A DNA stretch of 64,000 nucleotides from a virus (lineage: Duplodnaviria > Heunggongvirae > Uroviricota > Caudoviricetes). A model generated the notes under the pieces. It made no database searches, was not told the origin of the DNA, and saw only the letters and a list, made by a program, of their open reading frames with translations. The DNA lies in IMG/VR virus record IMGVR_UViG_3300001336_000001, positions 106,836 through 170,835 of that record; one strand, written 5' to 3'. Position numbers and translations under genes: made by a program. Shown piece after piece: positions 1 to 7,669 of this stretch. The stretch's first letter is position 1; each line of letters begins with the position of its first letter.

Positions 1-457
1 TAAGTATATCCTCACCCTCAACCATTTTTAATTGTGATGTGTCAGCTGATTTTAAGTGTCCAATAAGGTCTTCTATTTCATAATCTTTGATATCTTTTAT
101 ATCACTACCTAAATAATTTAGAAGTTTATTAATTTTAAATAATCTTTCTTTAGTATTACCATTAATATCAGTATAACCTAGAGTGATTAATTTTTCATTT
201 TTTTTATCATAATCAACATAATCAACATTAGCATCATCTTTAATTTTATCACTATTTAAAAATGCTAACAATTTTTTAGATAAAGGTGTGTCAATGTTGT
301 TTAATTTTTTAGTTAAATTATCACTAACCTTTATTTCTTTTTCCAACATTAAAAATAACTTATTTAAATTAATAATTTTTCGCCTTTCAATTATTAATTC
401 ATTTTTTTTCGTTTTTTTTAACTGCTCTCTCAATAATTTTTTAATAGTATTGTTCAT
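1..457 (-). CDS. Hypothetical protein, C-terminus truncated by window edge (absent from ORF track)
   Basis: Manual translation from ATG at 457: MNNTIKKLLREQLKKTKKNELIIE...LKMVEGEDIL, open to base 1; TATTTATA motif at 461-468 just upstream. Confidence 0.85.
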   Translation of the reverse strand, partial: MNNTIKKLLREQLKKTKKNELIIERRKIINLNKLFLMLEKEIKVSDNLTKKLNNIDTPLSKKLLAFLNSDKIKDDANVDYVDYDKKNEKLITLGYTDINGNTKERLFKINKLLNYLGSDIKDIKDYEIEDLIGHLKSADTSQLKMVEGEDIL

Positions 458-460
458 ACA

Positions 461-468
461 TATAAATA
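461..468 (-). promoter_or_regulatory. Putative late promoter TATTTATA
   Basis: Same 8-mer recurs a few to about 15 nt upstream of several putative virion genes. Confidence 0.55.
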
Positions 469-526
469 TTTACGTATATAGTTAAATATTTTTTTTTCTA
501 TATTTTCTTTTAATGTTCTGAATACT

Positions 527-554
527 AAAAAATCCCTAAATTTTAGGGATTTTT
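527..554 (-). terminator. Intrinsic terminator
   Basis: AAAAAATCCCTAAA TTTTAGGGATTTTT inverted repeat with A/T tracts just after the 562..1074 stop. Confidence 0.75.
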
Positions 555-561
555 GTTTAGT

Positions 562-1074
562 CTATTTATTTAATTTTAAGGCTTTACCTAATCTAATCAC
601 CCTTTTTCTAAAAGTTTCATAATCTTGGTTATTATCAATGATAATATCAGCGCAACTTATATCTATGTTGAATGAACTTCTAGGTTCTTCTGGTAGTCTT
701 TTTGAAGCATCGACCCATATTATTAAGTCAAATATACCTTGATTAATACATTCAGTTATTTCCCTATGGTCACGCATACCTACGTAACATTGGGTTCTCT
801 TTAGGATATCTTTAGCCAATCTGGCTTTATCCTCAAGGTTATATTGGCATATTAACTCGTACCATTCTGAACGTCTATTCATTCTATCTTCAAAACACTC
901 TTCTGGTGTTTTATAACCATATTTATCCTTTAGTTCATCATAAATGAAAATGTCAGCGGCGGCTTGTGACGATGATTGATATGTTAACCCAAAATTTTTA
1001 TTTAATATCTCAGCAAAGGTGTCCTTACCCCATCGCATATGTGATATAACCAATAATTTAGTCTCCTTACTCAT
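562..1074 (-). CDS. P-loop nucleotide kinase-like protein (phage dNMP kinase-like)
   Basis: N-terminal LLVISHMRWGKDTFAEIL (variant Walker A), GMRD and IIWVDAS segments typical of phage dNMP kinase-like proteins. Confidence 0.55.
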   Translation of the reverse strand: MSKETKLLVISHMRWGKDTFAEILNKNFGLTYQSSSQAAADIFIYDELKDKYGYKTPEECFEDRMNRRSEWYELICQYNLEDKARLAKDILKRTQCYVGMRDHREITECINQGIFDLIIWVDASKRLPEEPRSSFNIDISCADIIIDNNQDYETFRKRVIRLGKALKLNK

Positions 1075-1289
1075 TTATTATTTTTTTGGTATTCTTTAAT
1101 TACGATAAAAACCCCATGGTTTTCTTCAATATTGTGTATAACATTTAAAACAATGAAGTAATCTTCAAATTTCTTAATGTAAACCAATTCACCACTTCTA
1201 GGTATATGTTTTAAACTAAGTGATGGTATTATCATATCCCAATCCTCATTTAACACAGATACCGTGTGATTCCTAAATATTTTAAACAT
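1071..1289 (-). CDS. Hypothetical protein
   Basis: 72-aa ORF overlapping the next gene by 4 nt. Confidence 0.65.
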   Translation of the reverse strand: MFKIFRNHTVSVLNEDWDMIIPSLSLKHIPRSGELVYIKKFEDYFIVLNVIHNIEENHGVFIVIKEYQKNNK

Positions 1290-1370
1290 TTATTAAATTT
1301 AATATTTATTATTAAACTATTTTTATTATATTTATTATTATAAAATAACAAATAAAAAAAAACAATTATT

Positions 1371-1451
1371 ATGTTAGAATTAAATTATAGAGGTTGTGGT
1401 TGTGGTAAACCAAAACCAAAACCAAGACCTGGTATTAGACCAAATAAATAG
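1371..1451 (+). CDS. 26-aa Cys/Lys/Pro/Arg-rich micropeptide MLELNYRGCGCGKPKPKPRPGIRPNK
   Basis: Manual translation ATG..TAG; the only GC-richer stretch in an A/T spacer; followed by a terminator hairpin; TATTTATT motif at 1329-1336 upstream. Confidence 0.6.
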   Translation: MLELNYRGCGCGKPKPKPRPGIRPNK

Positions 1452-1459
1452 TTGTTAAG

Positions 1460-1487
1460 AAAAAAAAGACACTATGATAGTGTCTTT
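1460..1487. terminator. Terminator hairpin between convergent genes
   Basis: AAAGACACTA-TGA-TAGTGTCTTT stem with flanking A tract. Confidence 0.7.
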
Positions 1488-1509
1488 AATTATTCTATTT
1501 AACCATTGG

Positions 1510-1932
1510 TTAGTTAATTTCAACAACCTCGATTTCAAAGTTTAATACTTTACCAGAAAATGGGTGGTTACCATCTAAAATAACCGTATCCTCCTTTACT
1601 TCTTTAACAACCACATTAACTGGCCCCTCAGGTGTTTCGGCTGTTAACATTTGACCGCTTTGTACGCCTTCTGGTACCATTTCTTTTGGTATTTCTTGAA
1701 GATTTTCTTCATTAATGGGCCCATAAGCCTCTTCTGGTTGTAGTGTTATTGTTTTACTTTCACCGATACTCATGCCCATTACGGCACTTTCAAAACCTGG
1801 GATTACTTGGTTACTACCAACTGTAAAACCAATTGGTTCATTTCGTTCAACTGATGAATCAAAAACTTCACCATTTTCAAAAGTACCAGTATAATGTACT
1901 TTAACTGTGTTTCCACTCTCTACTTTACTCAT
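1510..1932 (-). CDS. FKBP-type peptidyl-prolyl cis-trans isomerase (SlyD/SlpA-like, no His-rich tail)
   Basis: VKVHYTGTFENGEVFDSS, VIPGFESAVMGM, LDGNHPFSGKVLNFEIEVV. Confidence 0.95.
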   Translation of the reverse strand: MSKVESGNTVKVHYTGTFENGEVFDSSVERNEPIGFTVGSNQVIPGFESAVMGMSIGESKTITLQPEEAYGPINEENLQEIPKEMVPEGVQSGQMLTAETPEGPVNVVVKEVKEDTVILDGNHPFSGKVLNFEIEVVEIN

Positions 1933-1964
1933 AATTTATATTTATTTGTTTATTATTACAAAAT

Positions 1965-1997
1965 AAAAAACCCCAGTATGCGATTAATACTGGGGTT
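1965..1997 (-). terminator. Intrinsic terminator downstream of tmRNA
   Basis: 11-bp stem AACCCCAGTAT/ATACTGGGGTT followed by a U tract on the minus strand. Confidence 0.8.
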
Positions 1998-2065
1998 AGT
2001 ATTAATTCTTGGTTATGTGTATTCTTGTTAAACCAAGAAGCATATAGCATTTTACTTAATTTTTG

Positions 2066-2443
2066 TGGAGGTGGAGGGTTTCGAACCCTCGTCCAAACTC
2101 AAATCTAGATATTTTCTACATGTTTAGGTTGTAATTTAATCTAATTACCCAAAATCTTTACAATTCCCTTATTATACGGTTCGGTTTACTGAAAACTAAT
2201 CTTCCGCTATCTATATTTATACTCCAGTAAGTTGGAGTTTTGGTGGATTACCACCATCACATTATGTTAGGCAAATGCTACCTCTCCTGAAACAACTTCT
2301 ACTGAAGTGTTTGCTAGGAAATTTTCGGAAATATCTAAAATATCGCCATTTAAAAAGCTTGTGTTGTGTTTTTTAACTGCTCACCCACTTTGCAGTACAT
2401 GCTTGTATTTTCAATATTAAGCTGTCAAATCCAAGTCACCCCC
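2066..2443 (-). ncRNA. ssrA: tmRNA (transfer-messenger RNA)
   Basis: 5' GGGGGTGACTTGGATTTGAC; 3' GGACGAGGGTTCGAAACCCTCCACCTCCA; acceptor stem GGGGGUG/CACCUCC with G3:U; internal tag ORF 2347..2267 ending AFA-TAA; CCA end not fully encoded. Confidence 0.95.
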
Positions 2444-2468
2444 ATTATTTTAAAGAACTATTATATTA

Positions 2469-2499
2469 CAAATATACTAAGTAATATTATAAATATCAA
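2469..2499 (-). promoter_or_regulatory. Bacteroidota-type promoter TTG-N20-TATATTTG upstream of tmRNA
   Basis: CAAATATA at 2469-2476 and CAA at 2497-2499 on the + strand. Confidence 0.7.
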
Positions 2500-2561
2500 C
2501 TTTTTTGTAAAAAAAAATGGGGAATTAATTTCCCCATTAAATTGTGATACCATTTTTTTAT

Positions 2562-2939
2562 TTAATCGTTTAAGATTTGTTTTTCTGTTTTAGGTATTAA
2601 TCCATCAGATTTTAAATTTGTTTTTTCGTCTAATTTATCGCACCTTAAATCAAGTAATCTGCGTAATTCATCTAATTCCCTATGGTAATTATTATCATAG
2701 ATATTAATTGTTCCATGTATTTGGTCTATTAGTTTTTCAAATTTATTATCGATGTGTTTACTATTATCATCTATTTTTCTTTCCGTTTGTTCTATTAACC
2801 TATGTAAGTCGTTAATAGTGTCTTTTTGTTCGTTAACACCAACCTTATCCCTTAACTTAATGAACGCAACCACAATACTAATTATTACTGCAACAACACC
2901 CAATGTTGATAAAACTGATACTAAAATTATTGTCTCCAT
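2562..2939 (-). CDS. Membrane-anchored coiled-coil hypothetical protein
   Basis: N-terminal hydrophobic helix IILVSVLSTLGVVAVIISIVVAFI followed by a charged heptad-like region. Confidence 0.75.
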   Translation of the reverse strand: METIILVSVLSTLGVVAVIISIVVAFIKLRDKVGVNEQKDTINDLHRLIEQTERKIDDNSKHIDNKFEKLIDQIHGTINIYDNNYHRELDELRRLLDLRCDKLDEKTNLKSDGLIPKTEKQILND

Positions 2940-2944
2940 ATTAT

Positions 2945-3661
2945 TTATTTTTTACTTTTAACAATCCCATCAATTATACCGTATGATAATGCTTCTTCAG
3001 CATTTAACCAATTATCCCTATTACAGTCAGATAAAACTTGCTCTTTATCCTTACCGCAATATTCAGCAAGCATGGTAAATAACTTATCGTTATACTTTAT
3101 AGCTTCAGCTAAACTAATTTTGATGTCTTCAACATGACCAGAGGCTCCTGAGCTAACTTGATGCAACATGACCTTACTATTAGGTAGGGAATACCTGAAA
3201 CCCTTTGTACCAGCACCTAAAAGTATTGAACCCATCGATGCTGCCATACCCGTGTTAATTGTTGATATTGGTGAGCCCACATAATTCATAACATCAACCA
3301 TACTTAGACCGCTCTTGACACTCCCGCCTGGGGTATCAATATGCATGGTAATTAACTCAGACCCTACATTATCTAAGAACATTAACTGCGCTTGTACAAC
3401 GGTACTCATAGCATCGTTAACTGGTCCAGCAACCCATAGTATACGGTCCATCATTAATCTATCAAAAACTGACATTTGAGTCACCCTTAACTCCCTCTCC
3501 TCTAATACCATGGGTGTCATACTACTCAAAACTTGACTATTTCTATAAATGTTGTCTTGTAATTTTTCCCAATAATGTAACTGCATACCAGAAATACCCA
3601 TGTGGTTTATTGCGTAGTTTTTAAATTCACTATAAAAATCTAATTTCATAAAACTATCCAT
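2945..3661 (-). CDS. clpP: ATP-dependent Clp protease proteolytic subunit
   Basis: DRLMMDRILW, HIDTPGGSV, TGMAASMGS (Ser), VMLHQVS (His), RDNWLNAEEALSYGIID (Asp); start moved to ATG 3661. Confidence 0.95.
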   Translation of the reverse strand: MDSFMKLDFYSEFKNYAINHMGISGMQLHYWEKLQDNIYRNSQVLSSMTPMVLEERELRVTQMSVFDRLMMDRILWVAGPVNDAMSTVVQAQLMFLDNVGSELITMHIDTPGGSVKSGLSMVDVMNYVGSPISTINTGMAASMGSILLGAGTKGFRYSLPNSKVMLHQVSSGASGHVEDIKISLAEAIKYNDKLFTMLAEYCGKDKEQVLSDCNRDNWLNAEEALSYGIIDGIVKSKK

Positions 3662-3665
3662 ATGG

Positions 3666-3881
3666 TTAAAATAATATTTCTTTATATTTAGACAGAACAT
3701 CTAATTTATCTTCAGCATCAACTAATTTACTTAAGGCTTCGTCAGCATTATTGTAAAAATCACCAGTTGAATGGTCTCCAATACCAGCTGGGTGATTGGT
3801 CAACAGTTTTAATGTGACAATAGCTTCACGTTTTTGAGCTTCAGCTCGACTAACCAACATGTTTAAAATTTCTTCTTTCAT
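3666..3881 (-). CDS. Hypothetical protein
   Basis: MKEEILNMLV...; start moved to ATG 3881 to avoid overlap with the upstream gene. Confidence 0.75.
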   Translation of the reverse strand: MKEEILNMLVSRAEAQKREAIVTLKLLTNHPAGIGDHSTGDFYNNADEALSKLVDAEDKLDVLSKYKEILF

Positions 3882-3894
3882 TATTCTTTTTTTT

Positions 3895-4146
3895 TTAAGT
3901 ATGATTTTCAACAAAAATCGGTGTAAATTCACCCATCCAAGCACCTAAAATGTTGAAATTATAATATTCTAAGGCTTCTTCATAAGTCATACCGTCTTTA
4001 CATAAAATATCCAATATTTTTTCAACATCATAAGCAACGACTGGACCTAAATTTATTCTCTGAGCTATACCAATTATAGCATCATCAAAACCATCCAGAA
4101 GGAGTGCTTCTGGATTGGTTTCTCCGATAAAATCAATTATATCCAT
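3895..4146 (-). CDS. Hypothetical phage protein
   Basis: 83-aa ORF in operon spacing; LLLDGFDDAIIG...VAYD pattern. Confidence 0.75.
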   Translation of the reverse strand: MDIIDFIGETNPEALLLDGFDDAIIGIAQRINLGPVVAYDVEKILDILCKDGMTYEEALEYYNFNILGAWMGEFTPIFVENHT

Positions 4147-4150
4147 ATAT

Positions 4151-4573
4151 TTAAGCGTTAGCTTCCTCGGTGTTTCGTTCTTGTGAGTAAATTAATTTAA
4201 TTAACTCGTTCAATTCTAAGTATTGTTTTTCACCATACTTTTTAAGCAAACCACTAAATGTTGATACATCTGGTTTGGTTATTGTTAATTTTTCCTTTTC
4301 TGAATCATAATGAATACCAGCTAATGATTCATCAGCAACAATAACTTTCTGTTCATCACTTAATTGGTCAAATACCATCTCGTTAATCACTAGGAAAACG
4401 TCAATATTCGTTTTATACTTAGTCAAATCATTCGTTTTAAAAAGTTTATAAATCTCTTTCTGTCTGTTATTAACTAACACTTCAATATTAACAGATTGGT
4501 TTAAATCAGCCATTGTGATTAAGCCGTTAAATAAATCCTTAGTGTCTTCAAATGGTTCTTCAAATTTAGCCAT
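4151..4573 (-). CDS. Hypothetical protein, weak likeness to putative phage metallopeptidase fold without HExxH
   Basis: DVFLVINEMVFDQLSDEQKVIVADESLAGI pattern; start moved to ATG 4573 because the TTG start overlaps the promoter. Confidence 0.45.
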   Translation of the reverse strand: MAKFEEPFEDTKDLFNGLITMADLNQSVNIEVLVNNRQKEIYKLFKTNDLTKYKTNIDVFLVINEMVFDQLSDEQKVIVADESLAGIHYDSEKEKLTITKPDVSTFSGLLKKYGEKQYLELNELIKLIYSQERNTEEANA

Positions 4574-4609
4574 ACTTTTAATTTTAATTTTATTTATTAT
4601 TAATGAATA

Positions 4610-4640
4610 CAAAATTACTCAATTATTTAGTACAAATCAA
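4610..4640 (-). promoter_or_regulatory. Bacteroidota-type promoter TTG-N20-TAATTTTG
   Basis: CAAAATTA 4610-4617 and CAA 4638-4640 on the + strand. Confidence 0.6.
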
Positions 4641-4700
4641 CTAATATCAATTTATTTTATTAAAAAAATAATTATATTATAATAGAAATAAGTTTTAAAT

Positions 4701-5360
4701 ATGTATAGAACAATATTAGTTAAAAACGGTGAATATAAAAAAACACTACATAGGTGTAAAACGAGAGAGTATGCATTTATTAATTTTAGGAGAATTGTTG
4801 ATGAAAATGAGTTAGTTTTATTCCCTAGACAATTTATAAATTATAATGGTATAAAAAGTGTTGAATATAAGATATATGTGGTTAAGGATACTGAGGAGTC
4901 GGACGAATTTAGATTGGTTAAAGATAGATATGGTAAATTTAAAAAAGAAGAACCTATTTTTGGTATTTGGACAGTATTGGATGATTCACCTTATAACATT
5001 GAAGAAACGTTTTGGTTATTTGGTAGAAACCCAAAAAACGATAGAGTAACAATACATGATATTGTTAAATTAATAATGGTTGGTGCTTATAAGAAGAAAA
5101 TGACTAAACAGGTTATCGTTGTTCATAATAAATTAGTGATATATAATGAAGAACAATTTGACATGGTAATATGTAAATGTATTGAGGATGCGCAAAGGTT
5201 ACACCATGCGCTGGCTAAAGCAATATCTAAAAATAAAATTAAAAGTATATTATTTATGGGTACTGCTACTCAGGCAACAATTAGTAGGATGTATGATATC
5301 ATTAAGGATGGTACTGGGTGGCCCATGTCAAAAATATGGAGAACCACCACTAGACCATAA
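4701..5360 (+). CDS. Hypothetical protein
   Basis: 219-aa ORF filling the gap between divergent/convergent neighbours. Confidence 0.85.
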   Translation: MYRTILVKNGEYKKTLHRCKTREYAFINFRRIVDENELVLFPRQFINYNGIKSVEYKIYVVKDTEESDEFRLVKDRYGKFKKEEPIFGIWTVLDDSPYNIEETFWLFGRNPKNDRVTIHDIVKLIMVGAYKKKMTKQVIVVHNKLVIYNEEQFDMVICKCIEDAQRLHHALAKAISKNKIKSILFMGTATQATISRMYDIIKDGTGWPMSKIWRTTTRP

Positions 5361-5364
5361 ATGA

Positions 5365-5676
5365 TTAATCAAGTTCTACTTCGTTAGCTTCGTCATTTAT
5401 CCCTTCATCAGCACCTTGACCAATGTCAAAATTCTTTTTTAAATCATCAATCATGTTGTAGATTTTAGTCATATCTGGTTCACTTAACTGAACTGGGTTT
5501 ATACAATCGATTTTTTCCTCACCGTCTGTTGGGACAATGAATGCCATAGCATTAGCATCTCTAGCGGCGATAGTATCATTTACTGAATTTACAAAAAGAT
5601 TAGCGATATTTGGTTCGCTTAGTGTTTCACGGTTAACGTAAAAAACTAATATTAGTGGGTATTGTTTATTCTCCAT
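5365..5676 (-). CDS. Hypothetical protein
   Basis: 103-aa ORF with acidic C-terminus. Confidence 0.75.
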   Translation of the reverse strand: MENKQYPLILVFYVNRETLSEPNIANLFVNSVNDTIAARDANAMAFIVPTDGEEKIDCINPVQLSEPDMTKIYNMIDDLKKNFDIGQGADEGINDEANEVELD

Positions 5677-5678
5677 GT

Positions 5679-5891
5679 TTATTGATTTAAGTATGTAGTA
5701 TGATTTACTCTTATTATATTTTCAATCTTGAATTCGTCTTTAGTTGTCATCACAACACTATCTAGGTTATTGCTTTTAACTAATTCACATTTAATAGGTC
5801 TACCAGTTATGTCCATAACATAAAATAGAAACATTTGTGTTTCTGGGTTAATTTCTTTGATTACTATATCCATATTTTTTATTTTAAACAA
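5679..5891 (-). CDS. Hypothetical protein
   Basis: 70-aa ORF in tandem with 5365..5676. Confidence 0.6.
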   Translation of the reverse strand: MFKIKNMDIVIKEINPETQMFLFYVMDITGRPIKCELVKSNNLDSVVMTTKDEFKIENIIRVNHTTYLNQ

Positions 5892-5926
5892 AAATACACA
5901 TTTTAACTATAACAGTAAATAGTTAT

Positions 5927-5960
5927 CAAAAAAAAAACCGAACATTTCTGCTCGGTTTTG
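5927..5960 (-). terminator. Intrinsic terminator closing the DUF2828 + RNA unit
   Basis: Minus strand AAAACCGAGC-AGAAAT-GTTCGGTTTT followed by a long U tract. Confidence 0.8.
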
Positions 5961-5971
5961 GTTGTCTCTAT

Positions 5972-6130
5972 CAGAATACTGGGGCTATAAACCTAACTCT
6001 GTTCGGTTTTGTTAACTTTATATTTTAAACCGAGTCACCAACGGTCTGGTTAATCAGACTATTTTGGTAGTCTGACTAACTCTACTTTAATTATTAATTG
6101 TTTTTGATAATAATTGCAGTATGTATTCTT
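5972..6130 (-). ncRNA. Putative structured ncRNA (Y-RNA-like candidate) downstream of DUF2828 gene
   Basis: Closing bulged helix GAAUAC(AUAC)UG / CAGUAUUC enclosing hairpins AATTATTA/TAATAATT, 13-bp GTTAGTCAGACTA/TAGTCTGATTAAC and TCGGTTT/AAACCGA; no plausible ORF. Confidence 0.6.
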
Positions 6131-6144
6131 TAAGAGTTATTTAA

Positions 6145-7575
6145 TTATACTGTTACAGATTCATATCTTTCAGTGTTAACAATTTCCAACATCATCGAAA
6201 TTGGACTTAAATCTTTACCCGATAAAAGGTTGGTTAATAAACTAGGTGAGAACCCACTAACCAATGCAGCACCATCATCGTTAAATTTAACTGGGAAATT
6301 GTCATTTCTGGATTGTATATTCCAGTAGACAATCTTAGGCATTTTGTAACCAGCATCAGCATATTTAGATTCGAAAATCTCTTGCGCAGTTTTATTCCAG
6401 TTACCTCTGGTACCTTGGTTGAATTCCATATCTGATAAAATCAGAATCATTGATGGCATTTCACTTTCTGGAACATTATTTCTAACTGCTGACTCAAGTA
6501 TTGTTGTGAATACTCTTTCAATGTTTGTACTCATATCCCAGTCAGCTCTAGCTAATTGTGAGAATCTTTCAGATAATGAACCTTTAAGTACTTGTAATTG
6601 TGGTCTATCTGAGAAAGTCATGAAGGTATCTTTGAAAGCACCTTCATTTCTTTCTGAAATGTATAACCCTAATGATATTGCAACATCCAAACACGTCACA
6701 TTTGGATTATTTCCTGCCGCACAACCCATGGACCCAGATACGTCAACTACTGGTAAGAATTGTTCATTATTGTTTTCCAAAAAGTTTGGAAGTGCGTTCC
6801 ATTGTGCATCTGCACCACTAGAACTACCGTATCTTAAATTCTTTACGATATCGTAAGGATATACAGCACCAGCATTGATTTTAACATCACCATTCTTTAC
6901 AGATTCAATGAATGTTGTAAATCTAGCACCATCTCTCTTACCGAACGCTCTCATGTAATCTGACATCGCTCTAGATGGTACGTGTGAATAGTTAATCTTA
7001 CCAAACTCGTTAGCACACATTAATTGTTCAACAGTGTTTGACAATTCAGCTAACATTTTTCTGTAAGCGCTAGGAGTTAACCCTAAGTACTTTCTCAAAG
7101 CTGAAGCTTGTCTTTTCTTTTCTCTGTTGTTAACATTTGGTCTTGGCATCCATTTAGCTGCTAATTTATTACCACTTTTAAGTGCGTCACTAATTAAACC
7201 TAAAGCTTCACTTTCTAATGGTGTGCCAACAAATGTTAATAAATCATCCCATCTACCAAATTCTGAGATTAACGATAGGTTTTTTCTCATAGATTCAGTT
7301 CGGTTATTGGCTAAATATTTAGCTACTGTTCTAAAAATACTTCGTTCACCAGCACCACCTCTAACATCACGTGACCAGAATAAGATTTTCATCGCAACTA
7401 ACGCATCCTCTTCGTAAGCTTTAACAAACGTATTGATTAATCTATCCTCATCTTGACCCCTCATAGCCCCAATTTGAAAGAATAAGTTAACACAATCGTT
7501 CATTGACGATGAATTAGTAACCATACCATTTTCGGTTGTTGTGTTCTTAGTTTGTAAAGCTTCTACTAGTCTCAT
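6145..7575 (-). CDS. DUF2828-family protein (TROVE/Ro60-related helical domain + vWA domain)
   Basis: TTTENG N-terminus, ILFWSRDVRGGAGER, FGRWDDL, AAKWMPR, AGAVYPYD, MIDAS motif VVDVSGSM, ILSDMEF, LVSGFSP. Confidence 0.85.
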   Translation of the reverse strand: MRLVEALQTKNTTTENGMVTNSSSMNDCVNLFFQIGAMRGQDEDRLINTFVKAYEEDALVAMKILFWSRDVRGGAGERSIFRTVAKYLANNRTESMRKNLSLISEFGRWDDLLTFVGTPLESEALGLISDALKSGNKLAAKWMPRPNVNNREKKRQASALRKYLGLTPSAYRKMLAELSNTVEQLMCANEFGKINYSHVPSRAMSDYMRAFGKRDGARFTTFIESVKNGDVKINAGAVYPYDIVKNLRYGSSSGADAQWNALPNFLENNNEQFLPVVDVSGSMGCAAGNNPNVTCLDVAISLGLYISERNEGAFKDTFMTFSDRPQLQVLKGSLSERFSQLARADWDMSTNIERVFTTILESAVRNNVPESEMPSMILILSDMEFNQGTRGNWNKTAQEIFESKYADAGYKMPKIVYWNIQSRNDNFPVKFNDDGAALVSGFSPSLLTNLLSGKDLSPISMMLEIVNTERYESVTV

Positions 7576-7612
7576 AATAATTAAAGTTTATGTGTTTTAT
7601 TAATTTGAATTG

Positions 7613-7643
7613 CAATTATATGCATATTTTTTAATATCGTCAA
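7613..7643 (-). promoter_or_regulatory. Promoter TTGACG-N17-TATAAT(TG), readable as both sigma70 and Bacteroidota type
   Basis: Minus strand TTGACG ATATTAAAAAATATGCA TATAATTG upstream of the DUF2828 gene. Confidence 0.75.
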
Positions 7644-7669
7644 GTTTTTTTTGAAAAAAATAGTTTTTT

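Noticed and set aside
206-229. Short tandem ATAATCAAC duplication
   Set aside because: Just a VDY-VDY codon repeat within the 1..457 ORF; not an array
461-468. TATAAATA on the + strand as a T4 gp55 promoter driving + strand transcription
   Set aside because: At nearly every occurrence the adjacent gene is on the minus strand, and the motif flips at the + strand gene 25754, so the functional reading is TATTTATA
2066-2100. GGGTTCGAAACCC T-arm as a stand-alone tRNA gene
   Set aside because: It is the 3' tRNA-like domain of the tmRNA; no anticodon arm at tRNA distance, and no other tRNA was recognised
2366-2593. 75-aa + strand ORF
   Set aside because: Overlaps the tmRNA 5' end and its promoter antisense; no coding features
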